Part shown: one piece after another, positions 14,838 through 24,509 of the stretch
How the letters are laid out: each line of letters begins with the position of its first letter
How positions within the stretch are numbered: position 1 is the stretch's first letter
From: a virus
Length of the DNA: 32,023 nt
IMG/VR virus record: IMGVR_UViG_3300045988_030341
Coordinates: 1-32,023 of that record
Strand: one strand, 5' to 3'
The notes under the pieces: model-generated
What the model saw: the letters and a program-made list of their open reading frames with translations, nothing else
What the model was told of the DNA's origin: nothing
Database searches by the model: none
Position numbers and translations under genes: made by a program

Positions 14838-15278
14838 ATGAACAAAGAAGTAACCCGATTAGTCAGGCAGATACGCGACGAGATAGTAGCCAACTACTAT
14901 CGCATGAGGCTTAACGCTTCGGGTCGCTTCGACAGGGAAACAGAGGTGGTGGAGTATGCAGGCGGTGTGAAGATAGAAAGCCCGGCGTACATCTACCAGA
15001 TGGAAGGCGGGAGGGCGGCTGGCAGCTTCCCGCCCGTTTCCGCCATTAAGCAGTGGATTAAAGACAAGAACGCGAACGCAGGAACGGACATACCCGAAGA
15101 AGCGGCATACGCGATAGCATACGTTATCAAGCGCGACGGTATCCGTGTACCCAACGAGCACAACGAGGGCGGCGTGGCAAGCTCTATACTAACCCCCGAG
15201 ATGGTGCAGCGGATCACAGTAGAGGTGTCCCGGATAATAAGGGCGGAGATATTAACCATTTTAACTAAAAAGCAATGA
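14838..15278 (+). CDS. Hypothetical late protein (146 aa)
   Basis: ORF 2 nt after the previous stop. Function not recognised. Confidence 0.7.
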   Translation: MNKEVTRLVRQIRDEIVANYYRMRLNASGRFDRETEVVEYAGGVKIESPAYIYQMEGGRAAGSFPPVSAIKQWIKDKNANAGTDIPEEAAYAIAYVIKRDGIRVPNEHNEGGVASSILTPEMVQRITVEVSRIIRAEILTILTKKQ

Positions 15279-16294
15279 TAATAAGAAACCTATTAAATAA
15301 CCAAACGGCAACGGCGGCCGGCTCGATGACATTAGTCGGTATCGGTGCCGGTATCTATTGTCCTATACGGTTGGAACAGGCAGGCTCGGTTACGGGCATA
15401 CAGCTTATCTTTTCCCGCAACGGCGCACGGAAGGCAACGGCAACCGTAGCCCCATACGAGGGCGCTGTATTGGATATGTCGGTGATGGCAGCCGCGGCAC
15501 CAAGCATAACGGAGAGCATTAACGCGCGTCTCGGGTTTGCCGACTTCGTGGACTCCGTGCAAATACTATACACGGAAGGTACGTTGAAGAGTATTAATGT
15601 TAACGTTATACACGCCCCTTTGGCAGACGGGCGGTTTGCGACATGGGCGAGCACCCGCAACCTATCCGATTATGGTAACGGACTGTTTAACCAGCTGGAC
15701 TTTAGCTGTGCCTCGTTCCTTGACAGCCCGTTAACGGGTAAACCGTTTAACTTTGCCCTACGATACGGGCAGCTTACAGCAAACTCGGACGGCAGACTAC
15801 GTTTTCGAAATAACGGTACGGGTACATCCTCGGTGTGGGATAATGCCGGACTTTCGCAAGGCTCGAATCAGCCCAGTAGAGAATTCAGAACCGCAAACGA
15901 TGCGTCTACCTGGGGATGGGCGCGTTTTGAACGTAAATACCCGTATTGCCCCGACCCCGACAAACGGGTAACGCTTCGATGGCTTAACAGCAAGGGGGCG
16001 TATGATACGATGTATTTTGACCAATACCGTATTGTTCCTACTTACCTGGTTAACTTCTCGGGTGGAAACCGCGTGTTGTCCTACGACGTTACGATAAACG
16101 TGGTAGTAACCGACGATAATCAAAACGCGTTGTACTGGCTTTCACGTTCGGGCGAGGTTGCCGGGGTATTCCCTTTGGCTACTAACCAGTGGGCACGCGT
16201 TAAGATACAGAACCCGAACGCGCTGAACATACAAGGCGGTGCGACGGGACGTGTAGCCGCGTTTAAATGCAAATTTGAAATTGTAGAGCCTTGA
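15275..16294 (+). CDS. Putative tail/baseplate protein (339 aa)
   Basis: ATGA overlap with the upstream gene. It is beta-rich, and its size and position next to a larger tail-like protein and the tape-measure-like gene fit a tail role. No motif was recognised. Confidence 0.5.
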   Translation: MIIRNLLNNQTATAAGSMTLVGIGAGIYCPIRLEQAGSVTGIQLIFSRNGARKATATVAPYEGAVLDMSVMAAAAPSITESINARLGFADFVDSVQILYTEGTLKSINVNVIHAPLADGRFATWASTRNLSDYGNGLFNQLDFSCASFLDSPLTGKPFNFALRYGQLTANSDGRLRFRNNGTGTSSVWDNAGLSQGSNQPSREFRTANDASTWGWARFERKYPYCPDPDKRVTLRWLNSKGAYDTMYFDQYRIVPTYLVNFSGGNRVLSYDVTINVVVTDDNQNALYWLSRSGEVAGVFPLATNQWARVKIQNPNALNIQGGATGRVAAFKCKFEIVEP

Positions 16295-16298
16295 CAAT

Positions 16299-17903
16299 AT
16301 GGACTTGACGATACGAATTAATGGTGAAGCGATAGACGGTGTTTCCGCTAACTCGGTAAAACTGACTATCAACAACCCCGACCCACTTAAGTTTACGGAG
16401 CAAACGGTCAGTTACTCCGGGACCATCAACGTGCCCCGGTCAGAAGTAAATGACCGGGTGTTCCGTTCCGAGCGTTTCCCGTGGGCGTTCACAAGGACAT
16501 CCCCGTACCGAGCCGAGTTGTATTTCGGGGGCTTTAATATTCCGTTCGGCAGCGGTTTGTTCCGTGTACGGGTAACGGCAGACGAGGACGGATATAGCCT
16601 TGAACTGATAGAAAACATATCGAAGCTTTCGACATTGCGCGCCCCGGTGGTTGCCATACCTAAATTGGAAACACCGGCATATCAGTTTTCGACGTATATA
16701 GACAGCCTTAATTACGCGTACCCGAACAACGTTACCATACCCACGATATATGCGGCGAACGGGTCAACGCCCTTGCTTATGTCATACATCGCAGACCGGG
16801 TAACCAAGACGGCAGGGGAATACAAGGACGCGGAAAGCCAATTGGTTTTTAAAGGCGCGCACGACGGATTGGACGGCTCGGTATATGCCGCTAATTACAT
16901 GATAGCGGAAAGCAACGAGGCTGCCACGTGTTTTACCTACATGACCGGTTCGGACTTCGATTTAAGGTTTACGGACGATTCGTTTATTGTCCTCCCGCCT
17001 TCTGTTCCTGCTACGGTTTATCTTAGAAGCAACGGCGGTACATTCGCTTTGCCATTCAAGCGCGGTGCGGTAAGACCCGACGGCAACTACAAGTACAGCC
17101 CGGTAAGCCCGGGTTCTACGTCTTGTCTGGTTACGCCAAGACCGACACACGATTTGAACTTTGGTTTCACTACCTCCGCCTCGTCTATGGTATATTCGGG
17201 AACGCCGATTACCACCGTACCGAATGCGGAGGCGTACTATATATCGTTCAGAATTAATTCGGTCACGGCCCCTACCTATGCATGGGACTTGGTGGAAACA
17301 ATGGGGATAGATACGCCTTTCGAGATTGTGCAGGCATTCTGCAAGGCCTTCTGCTGGACATATGAATTTAAGTCCGAACCGTTTGCACTGACACTGAAAC
17401 CGTTTATCAACCCGTCTGCTACTTCTACGTACCGGGTGGACTGGACGGGGAAAATAGACCAGTCAAGTATGAAGGTTGCGGAAGCCGCCGGCGCCGCAAG
17501 AACATACGCAGTACAGGTAGGCTCAATCAAACAGACGGTAGGCGGCTACGGTGGAGCTATATCTACGCAGGAGACAGTAGGCGAGAGCGCGTTCCCGGTA
17601 AACCCCGGCGCGCAAAGACCGTACGCCTCTATGATCAGGTTGGCAGGCTCGTACGTACCGGATAACTATTTCAACCGTGCGAGCGGTTATCGCGCTACGA
17701 TAGCAGGGCACTATGACCGTTTCTCCCCCGGGTGGCAGGTGACGGCTAAAATGAACCTGTCATATTTCGATATACAGAAAATGAAGTCCGACGCGCTTTA
17801 TTTCGTAGGTGAGCTTAACCACTGGTTCTACCTCAGGACCTTAAGTAATTGGGACCCGTCAACAGGAAATGCGAACGTTACGTTAATCGCAGTTAAAAAT
17901 TAA
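16299..17903 (+). CDS. Putative tail/baseplate or receptor-binding protein (534 aa)
   Basis: The N-terminus MDLTIRINGEAIDGVSANSVKLTINNPDP...SGTINVPRSEVNDRVF resembles the N-termini of distal-tail or tail-component proteins as I recall them. It lies directly upstream of the tape-measure-like gene. Confidence 0.5.
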   Translation: MDLTIRINGEAIDGVSANSVKLTINNPDPLKFTEQTVSYSGTINVPRSEVNDRVFRSERFPWAFTRTSPYRAELYFGGFNIPFGSGLFRVRVTADEDGYSLELIENISKLSTLRAPVVAIPKLETPAYQFSTYIDSLNYAYPNNVTIPTIYAANGSTPLLMSYIADRVTKTAGEYKDAESQLVFKGAHDGLDGSVYAANYMIAESNEAATCFTYMTGSDFDLRFTDDSFIVLPPSVPATVYLRSNGGTFALPFKRGAVRPDGNYKYSPVSPGSTSCLVTPRPTHDLNFGFTTSASSMVYSGTPITTVPNAEAYYISFRINSVTAPTYAWDLVETMGIDTPFEIVQAFCKAFCWTYEFKSEPFALTLKPFINPSATSTYRVDWTGKIDQSSMKVAEAAGAARTYAVQVGSIKQTVGGYGGAISTQETVGESAFPVNPGAQRPYASMIRLAGSYVPDNYFNRASGYRATIAGHYDRFSPGWQVTAKMNLSYFDIQKMKSDALYFVGELNHWFYLRTLSNWDPSTGNANVTLIAVKN

Positions 17904-17914
17904 TAATTTGGATT

Positions 17915-20422
17915 ATGGCAACAGAAAAAGTTACTCTACTCGACCTCTCATTTGATACGTCTTCCGCTCTTGACGGGCTGGACGCCCTTATAGCAAAGTC
18001 CGTCGAACTGGCGGAAACAAAGAGCCAGCTAATGGCGGCACTTAAGGACGAGAAGAAGCAGCTGGACGAGGCGGGCAAAGCGTACAAGGCTGGGACAATC
18101 GGACAAGACGAGTATAAAAAGGCGGTAGGCGATGCGGCAAAGGCTCAAATAGATTTGAAAAAGCAGTTGTTGGACGTTAACGCCTCTATCTCCGATAACA
18201 ACCGCGAGATAAAAACAAGCACCACCCTGCTTAACAGCCAGGAGGACAGCGTAGACGCACTTCGTGCGCAGCTTGCAAAGAACACCAAGGAGCTGAACGC
18301 GATGAGCGCGGCAACCCGGAACAACACGGAAGAGGGGCAAAAGCTTGTAACCGAGACAAAGGAGATAAGCGACAGACTTAAGGACATGGAGAAGTCTGTA
18401 GGCGATAACCGCAGGAACGTAGGTAACTATGCGGAAAGCATCCAGGAAGCCATGAGCAGCACGCAGGGGCTTTCTGGGGCTACAGCGGCTATGGCTACGT
18501 CTCTATCCGGGGGCGTGAACATCCTAAAGGTGTTTAACGCTACGTTGAAAGCCAACCCTATACTTGCTGTCGTGTCGGTTATACTGGTTCTCATATCCAC
18601 GGTTGAGAAGCTGATGAAGCGTAACAGTGAGATGGCGGCAAGCCTAAAGGCGGCATTCGCTCCGTTTGAAGTTATCTTCTCGCGTATTCTGGACGGCGTT
18701 ACCGAGCTTCTCGGGGGCGTGGCAAAGGCTTTCGAGTGGATAACGGAGAAGGTTGTCAACTTGCTTTCGTCTATCGGCCTTATTACCGGGGAGACCACAA
18801 AGGCGGCGAACGCGGCAAAAGCGCTCACCAAGCAAGAGCTTGCGATATACGAGGCAGAGACAAACAACCTCGTACCATTGTCGGCGATGCGTAGAGAACT
18901 GGAAGCGCAACGTACCATTGTAGGGGACCAGCTAAAGACCGCGGAAGAACGGAACCTGGCAGCGCAAAAGGCTATCGCGATTTCCAAGCAGATGGAGAAA
19001 GCCGAGATAGGCGTACTACAGCAGAAGTATGACCAAATCAAGGCGCAAAACGAATTGGGTTACACCAGTAAGGAAGACAGACGCGCCGAGATGCAGGCAC
19101 TCGCAGACCTGCAAGCACGCCAAGCGGATTACATCGCCCAGCGTAAAGAGCTGGAGAACCAAGCGAGCGGTATCATAAAGGCGCAGATAGCAGCTGATGA
19201 GGCAGCCTACAAGGCAGCCGAGGCGGCAAAGGCGCAAGCCGCGATAAAGGCAGCGCAAGACGCGGAGAACCAAAAACGTGCGTTGCAGGCCGAGACAATA
19301 AAGCAGATGGAAACAGCGTTAACGGCTCTTAGCCTGTCAATGCAAGCTAAAGAACTGGAAAATGATACCATCGGAACGAAGTTGGAAAACGAAAAGGCAT
19401 ACGTCGAGGAAAGTCTGAAGCTTGAGAAGTACAGACTGGAACAGGGGCTTATCTCGAAGCAAGAATACGCCAACAAGGAGGCCGAATTCAATTTAGGCAT
19501 ACGTCAATTGGAGATACAGCATCAGGAAGAGCAAGACGCGCTAATGAAAGAACGCGAAGCCATGAACGCGGCGAACCTGCACGAACTTAAGATGGCGGAA
19601 ATAACAAACGAGTACGACCTAAGGCAGGCGCAACTTGACGCGCAATATGCGCAGGAGATTGCCGCCGCCGAGAAGATAGGCGCGGACACTGCGTTAATAC
19701 AGTCCAGGTATGAGAAGGCAAAGGAGGAAAACACCAGGGCGCGCGTTAACGCAGAGCTGACAATGACCGCAGGGCTCGCAGGACAAATGTCAACACTCTT
19801 AGGGGAACAAAGTGCTATAGGTAAGGCATTTGGCGTTGTTCAAGCGACGATAAATACTTACTTAGGCGCAACAAAAGCACTTGCCACGGGTGGTATCCTC
19901 GGTATTGCACAAGCCGCAGTTGTTATCGCATTCGGTATGAAACAAGTAGCTACGATTGCGAAGCAGAAAGACCCCGATACGAAAATCAACACATCAGTCA
20001 AGAAGTATGCAAAGGGCGGTATGATATACGGGCGCTCCCATGCACAAGGCGGCGTAACGTTCCGGGGCGATAACGGGCAAGTGTTCGAGGCGGAAGGCGG
20101 CGAAAACGTCTATATTATGAAGAAGACAGCGAGCGCCGAGATTAACGCCCTATCCGCGCTCAACGAGGCACACGGCGGCAACTCGTTCGGTACCTCGGGG
20201 CTTTACAAGTTCGCCGATGGCGGTATGGTTTCCGGGCTTTACGAGACAAACCGCGTAGTGAAGCAAGCGGAGAGCATGAAGTTATCAAGCGAAAGCATTA
20301 ACCAGCTCGCCGGGGTAGTTATCGACGCGGTAATGAGCATGCCCAACCCGGTTGTATCGGTGCAGGATATCAACAGCGGACAGAACGACGTTTCAGTAGT
20401 CCGGGGGCTGGCGACATTCTAA
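17915..20422 (+). CDS. Tape-measure-like protein
   Basis: 835 aa with long Ala/Glu/Lys/Gln coiled-coil stretches, hydrophobic segments (ILAVVSVILVLISTV, GGILGIAQAAVVIAFGM) and a Gly-rich C-terminal region. Confidence 0.65.
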   Translation: MATEKVTLLDLSFDTSSALDGLDALIAKSVELAETKSQLMAALKDEKKQLDEAGKAYKAGTIGQDEYKKAVGDAAKAQIDLKKQLLDVNASISDNNREIKTSTTLLNSQEDSVDALRAQLAKNTKELNAMSAATRNNTEEGQKLVTETKEISDRLKDMEKSVGDNRRNVGNYAESIQEAMSSTQGLSGATAAMATSLSGGVNILKVFNATLKANPILAVVSVILVLISTVEKLMKRNSEMAASLKAAFAPFEVIFSRILDGVTELLGGVAKAFEWITEKVVNLLSSIGLITGETTKAANAAKALTKQELAIYEAETNNLVPLSAMRRELEAQRTIVGDQLKTAEERNLAAQKAIAISKQMEKAEIGVLQQKYDQIKAQNELGYTSKEDRRAEMQALADLQARQADYIAQRKELENQASGIIKAQIAADEAAYKAAEAAKAQAAIKAAQDAENQKRALQAETIKQMETALTALSLSMQAKELENDTIGTKLENEKAYVEESLKLEKYRLEQGLISKQEYANKEAEFNLGIRQLEIQHQEEQDALMKEREAMNAANLHELKMAEITNEYDLRQAQLDAQYAQEIAAAEKIGADTALIQSRYEKAKEENTRARVNAELTMTAGLAGQMSTLLGEQSAIGKAFGVVQATINTYLGATKALATGGILGIAQAAVVIAFGMKQVATIAKQKDPDTKINTSVKKYAKGGMIYGRSHAQGGVTFRGDNGQVFEAEGGENVYIMKKTASAEINALSALNEAHGGNSFGTSGLYKFADGGMVSGLYETNRVVKQAESMKLSSESINQLAGVVIDAVMSMPNPVVSVQDINSGQNDVSVVRGLATF

Positions 20423-20464
20423 ACCGTTAACTCGTACAGAGATGGCAGTTTACTATATACTGCC

Positions 20465-20472
20465 TATCTTTG
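20465..20472 (+). promoter_or_regulatory. -7 box TATCTTTG upstream of the protease-scaffold gene
   Basis: Perfect TAnnTTTG, 26 nt before the ATG at 20499. No clear -33 element. Confidence 0.45.
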
Positions 20473-20498
20473 CACGTGTTACAGCAAAGACAAATTAT

Positions 20499-21470
20499 AT
20501 GAAATTTAGAAAACTTAGAATTATTCAAGCCGGGGTTACTACCAATTTCGGTACATACGAAGGCAAGGAATTTCCGTTAGTCATTAAGGAGACCGCAGTT
20601 CAAAGCGTTGTAACGCTCGGCAACCTGAAGCCTATCCATTGCAGGCGCACCCATGACGGGGAGGATATGTTGGACGGATATTTAGGAAAGTTCGTTAATT
20701 TTGTCTACGAGGACGGCGTAGCTTATGCCGATTTGGAATTATCCGAAGCCTTACAAGCCGCCTACCCGTCCGAGGCAAAATTCATCTCCGAGATGATAAA
20801 GAACGAACCCGATATGTTGGGCGTTTCAGTGGTAGGCATAAACAATCAGATATTAAACGGTGATGTGCTGGACGTTACCGAATTTTTTGAATTATATTCA
20901 TGCGATTTGGTAGGGCTGCCAGCAGCCACCACAAGCTTATTTAATAATCAAAACGAAAAGAAGATGAACAAATTTTTTAGTTCTTTCGCTTCTCTATTCA
21001 AGAAGTCGAGTTTTGCAACCGAAACGGTTGAAACCGTAGACGGCGCAAGTATCACTATTGAAGCGGCAGGCGAAGTAATGGCTATCGGAGACAAGGTGTT
21101 TGATAGCGAGGGCAACGTTCACCCGGACGGAAAAGTAGAAGTGCAGGTTGAGGACGGTGTATTGGTTATCACCATTGCAAACGGTGTTATCGAAAGCGTA
21201 GAAGCCAAGGTAGAAGAGGAAGTAAAAAAAGAAGAGACTGAAGTTGAAACCCCAGCCACCGCAGACGTACCCGAAGAGTTTGCAAACCGTATGGCAGCTT
21301 TGGAAACCGCGGTTACTGAACTCACCGCAACACTGGAGGCTATGACGGCTCAATTTGGCAGAACGACAGCGAAACCCGGTGCCCCAGCGGTTAACATGCC
21401 GAAGAAGAAAGAAACAAAATTATCAAAAGAGGCTGTAGCGGAAGCAGCTAAAAGATTTTACAACAAATAA
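20499..21470 (+). CDS. Prohead protease fused to a scaffold-like C-terminal domain (putative)
   Basis: The start is moved to ATG 20499 (MKFRKLRII) because the -7 box lies inside the longer ORF. HDGEDMLDGYLGKF...LGVSVVG resembles the His/Ser regions of HK97-type (S78/U35) proteases. The C-terminal half is acidic and coiled (VEEEVKKEETEVE, ALETAVTELTATLEAM). Confidence 0.5.
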   Translation: MKFRKLRIIQAGVTTNFGTYEGKEFPLVIKETAVQSVVTLGNLKPIHCRRTHDGEDMLDGYLGKFVNFVYEDGVAYADLELSEALQAAYPSEAKFISEMIKNEPDMLGVSVVGINNQILNGDVLDVTEFFELYSCDLVGLPAATTSLFNNQNEKKMNKFFSSFASLFKKSSFATETVETVDGASITIEAAGEVMAIGDKVFDSEGNVHPDGKVEVQVEDGVLVITIANGVIESVEAKVEEEVKKEETEVETPATADVPEEFANRMAALETAVTELTATLEAMTAQFGRTTAKPGAPAVNMPKKKETKLSKEAVAEAAKRFYNK

Positions 21471-21486
21471 CTAAAAACAAAAGATT

Positions 21487-22452
21487 ATGCCTTTATCATT
21501 TACAAGCCTTAACCAATTAAACCTCAACTCACTTAACGAGGTTATTTCTTTGACCGTCGGACTGGCCGGCGAAATCTCGCAAAGTATCACAGTAATGAAC
21601 GGTATCCCTAACGGTACGCCCGTTGTTTCCCTTACAGCAGCCGACAAGGTATTGCGTAAATCAGCAGGATGTAACAGTGAATACGTCTACAATAACATAT
21701 CTAACAAGGTTAAATATTACCAGCACGCGCCTATCGAACTGCCTATTGAGATTTGCTTGCAGAGCTTGTGGGGCAGGATGGTTGCGAAGGGTATCAACCT
21801 CGACGATAATTTCTCCGAAACAGAGTTGGCTGGGTTCATTCAAGCCGAAGTATTAAAGGTGCTGGAAGCTGACTTGCTTCGTCTGGCTTGGCTGGACGGT
21901 GACGTAATGACGGGAGCATTGGGTTACGGTATCTTCGCTAAAGGCGGTATTATCAGGCAGCACAAGGACAGCAAACTGACTGAAGGTGCATTGACCCTCT
22001 CCGATAGTGGCGTTCTCGCCGCATTGCGTGGTGCTATCGACGCACAGCGCCCCGATACACTGGACAACTCGGAATTCTTCGTTACGTCTAACGTTATGCG
22101 CTTGTATAAGAACTTGTTGCAGACACGTGATAACAGCGTAGCACAGTCCGATATCGTAGACGGCCGCCCTGTGTATTACTTCGAGGGTTACAAGATTAAC
22201 GAGCTTAGACATGTTTCCAGCGCCGTTACAGCTGAAGGTTTGAGCGCCGCGTTTATCGCTTTCACCCCGAAGGAAAATATTCAGCTTGCACTGGAAAGCG
22301 CTGGTACCGTTATTGCTCCGTTCATCCAGGACGCGAAAAGCCGCAACTATTACTCACAGACTTTGTTCGCGGCTGATGCTATGCTGGTAGCGCCCGAGAA
22401 AATGCAGTTGTGGTTGGCAGCAAAAGCAGGTAATCCGAAAATCATTCGCTAA
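21487..22452 (+). CDS. Major capsid protein (putative)
   Basis: 321 aa, directly after the protease-scaffold gene and followed by a strong terminator, as is typical for abundant capsid transcripts. No motif was recognised by eye. Confidence 0.55.
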   Translation: MPLSFTSLNQLNLNSLNEVISLTVGLAGEISQSITVMNGIPNGTPVVSLTAADKVLRKSAGCNSEYVYNNISNKVKYYQHAPIELPIEICLQSLWGRMVAKGINLDDNFSETELAGFIQAEVLKVLEADLLRLAWLDGDVMTGALGYGIFAKGGIIRQHKDSKLTEGALTLSDSGVLAALRGAIDAQRPDTLDNSEFFVTSNVMRLYKNLLQTRDNSVAQSDIVDGRPVYYFEGYKINELRHVSSAVTAEGLSAAFIAFTPKENIQLALESAGTVIAPFIQDAKSRNYYSQTLFAADAMLVAPEKMQLWLAAKAGNPKIIR

Positions 22453-22453
22453 T

Positions 22454-22488
22454 AAAAGGGGTTGGGATATTAACCCAGCCCCCTTTTT
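22454..22488 (+). terminator. Intrinsic terminator after the capsid gene
   Basis: GGGGTTGGG (22458-22466) pairs with CCCAGCCCC (22474-22482) with one G-U pair. The loop is 7 nt, an A4/T5 extension flanks the stem, and a T5 tail follows. Confidence 0.8.
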
Positions 22489-22501
22489 CATTTTATATAG
22501 T

Positions 22502-23017
22502 ATGGGAAAAAGTTGTTTGAATAAACTCGCCAGTAATGTGACGCTGAATTGTACTATTACTCCGGTGGGCGTGAAAGATATATACTTAATGTACGTTGAG
22601 GATGTTACAATTACCCTCGGCGATACATGGGTAGATGCCGTGGTGTTCGCGCAGAACACAAAAAGTTATAAGGTGGAGGGCTATAAGCAAAACATTCAGT
22701 TCGTAGCCTCTCTTAAAACTACAGACGCGTCGGCCAGATTGAATACCAGTGTATCTTTCAAGGTACCGTCTACTTCCAGAAGCACATTAAGTGCGCTTAC
22801 TACGGGCAGGTTCTATGTGATGGTTGTTTTTGTCAAAGGAGATTCCGTCATCGTTGGAGCTACGAGCCCCCTGGAATGTTCGGCTATGGAATTTGACAGT
22901 AACGCCAATGCGCGACTTGTGACGGTTACCCTATCCGACCCCGAGGGCTCGGCAGGTAATTATTTTTTGGCGGCCGACAACAAGGTTCGCGATTCGATAA
23001 TCTCTAAATCAGTTTAA
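22502..23017 (+). CDS. Virion structural protein, paralogue 1 of 3 (171 aa)
   Basis: Shares the N-terminal C-x11-C spacing and the C-terminal block GD-V-VG---PL-C------S------VT-TL with 23587..24135. Confidence 0.7.
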   Translation: MGKSCLNKLASNVTLNCTITPVGVKDIYLMYVEDVTITLGDTWVDAVVFAQNTKSYKVEGYKQNIQFVASLKTTDASARLNTSVSFKVPSTSRSTLSALTTGRFYVMVVFVKGDSVIVGATSPLECSAMEFDSNANARLVTVTLSDPEGSAGNYFLAADNKVRDSIISKSV

Positions 23018-23019
23018 TT

Positions 23020-23556
23020 ATGGCTTGTATAAAAAAATTAGAAAACGCGATTGCTTATGATTGCGACACGGGCGCAACGGGTTTAGTCAGCGCGATTATC
23101 ATTAATAAGGCCGATATTGCGAGTTTTACGGTAGACACCGTCGGGTTAACGTTGTCCGCCCTTACATTAAAAACAGGCGCGAAGGCTTTTAAGATTGACA
23201 CTGTAAAGCGCTCGCTGGTTGTATCGAGTGCGTTAAAGATTAACGACGGAGCACCGAATGCTTATTCGCATTCTGCCACAATAGTTTACGCGGGAGGTAT
23301 TGTTACAGCGCTACGCACAACTATGGAGGCATTTACAAACGGGTCTTTTGTAATTCTTGCAAAGGGGCTGAAAGGTTTGGCCACTGTTTACGGGTTGTAT
23401 TACGGATTGAGTGCGACATCTTCCGACAGAAGCAGCCACGATAACGGGGGGTGGATTACCACAGTACTCAGCACACCGGAAAACGTTATAGGCGAGGATC
23501 CGATTGCCGCCCTCGATGATGTGTATGATGCCTTATATGCGGCAGCAGCAGGGTAG
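23020..23556 (+). CDS. Virion structural protein, paralogue 2 of 3 (178 aa)
   Basis: MACIKK...C...NKADIASFTV...SLVV aligns with MACIGK...C...NASDIASFTV...SLVV of 23587..24135. Confidence 0.75.
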   Translation: MACIKKLENAIAYDCDTGATGLVSAIIINKADIASFTVDTVGLTLSALTLKTGAKAFKIDTVKRSLVVSSALKINDGAPNAYSHSATIVYAGGIVTALRTTMEAFTNGSFVILAKGLKGLATVYGLYYGLSATSSDRSSHDNGGWITTVLSTPENVIGEDPIAALDDVYDALYAAAAG

Positions 23557-23586
23557 TAATTAACTAAAAAAGAAAGGAAAAATAAT

Positions 23587-24135
23587 ATGGCATGTATTGG
23601 GAAAATAGCCTCTACTTTGGTGATGTCTTGTGGCGCTCCGGCGAACGCGGACTTGAGTAAACCCGTATCGGCAAAGATTCTAAACGCTTCGGATATAGCG
23701 AGTTTTACGGTAGCGCCCGGGAGTATGGCCACAATAACCCGGATACCTAAGGCAGTGGGCTATGACGTTACCACGGTTAACAACTCCCTGGTTGTTACGG
23801 TCGGTTTGAAGTCGCAGGACATTATGCCCGGGGCATACGATGTGGCGGTTACGTTCAAATCGTTTTCCGGAAGCTACTCAATTGCGAGCAGTTCCGCACC
23901 GTGGGGGGCTGTCGGTACAATGGAACGCGCGGAGCTTGTAATAGCCGTAGACCACGGCGATAGAATACGGGTTTATGGTTTGGGTGCTCCGTTGGTTTGC
24001 ACCGAGCTGTCGGGCGATTCAAGCGCGAGCGCGAATGTGACATACACGTTTGGCGTTGAGGATTGGCAGGTAGGAACAACGGCTCACTATTTGAGCAGAG
24101 CGGATTACGACGCGTTGTCCACACCAGCAGAATAA
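23587..24135 (+). CDS. Virion structural protein, paralogue 3 of 3 (182 aa)
   Basis: See the two preceding entries. Homology to both is visible by eye along the full length. Confidence 0.75.
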   Translation: MACIGKIASTLVMSCGAPANADLSKPVSAKILNASDIASFTVAPGSMATITRIPKAVGYDVTTVNNSLVVTVGLKSQDIMPGAYDVAVTFKSFSGSYSIASSSAPWGAVGTMERAELVIAVDHGDRIRVYGLGAPLVCTELSGDSSASANVTYTFGVEDWQVGTTAHYLSRADYDALSTPAE

Positions 24136-24150
24136 TAAATCAAAAAGAAA

Positions 24151-24507
24151 ATGACAAAAGAAAAAACAAATACTACGGGGCAGGGCGAAAGCACTGCTCC
24201 CGTTGTTGCCGAACCGAAGGTTGCAACATTACAAGAGAAGCTGGACACGTATTATGTGATGACAGGTTTAAAACTTGACCCTAATTGCCACATGGATATG
24301 GAATTTTTATCTTCGTGGTACGAAACGAAGTATCTGACAAAAGTAGTTTACAGGTGGGCGATGAAGCCCGAGGCGTGTATCGTGCATTACGTCGATGGTG
24401 TCGTGTATAAGAGTGCGAACATGACAGACGAAATCGCGGAACGGCTTATGCGTGAAAACCCGGCTTATGCGGAATGCTTCGTGGAAATCAATAAAAAGGA
24501 GGTTTGA
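24151..24507 (+). CDS. Hypothetical late protein (118 aa)
   Basis: ORF with an A-rich leader. Function not recognised. Confidence 0.7.
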   Translation: MTKEKTNTTGQGESTAPVVAEPKVATLQEKLDTYYVMTGLKLDPNCHMDMEFLSSWYETKYLTKVVYRWAMKPEACIVHYVDGVVYKSANMTDEIAERLMRENPAYAECFVEINKKEV

Positions 24508-24509
24508 AT

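Noticed and set aside
20442-20498. Longer N-terminal extension of the protease-scaffold ORF (start at 20442)
   Set aside because: The extension contains a perfect TAnnTTTG -7 box (20465-20472) and encodes a hydrophobic non-protease-like peptide. The ATG at 20499 has the usual A/T-rich context (ACAAATTATATG).
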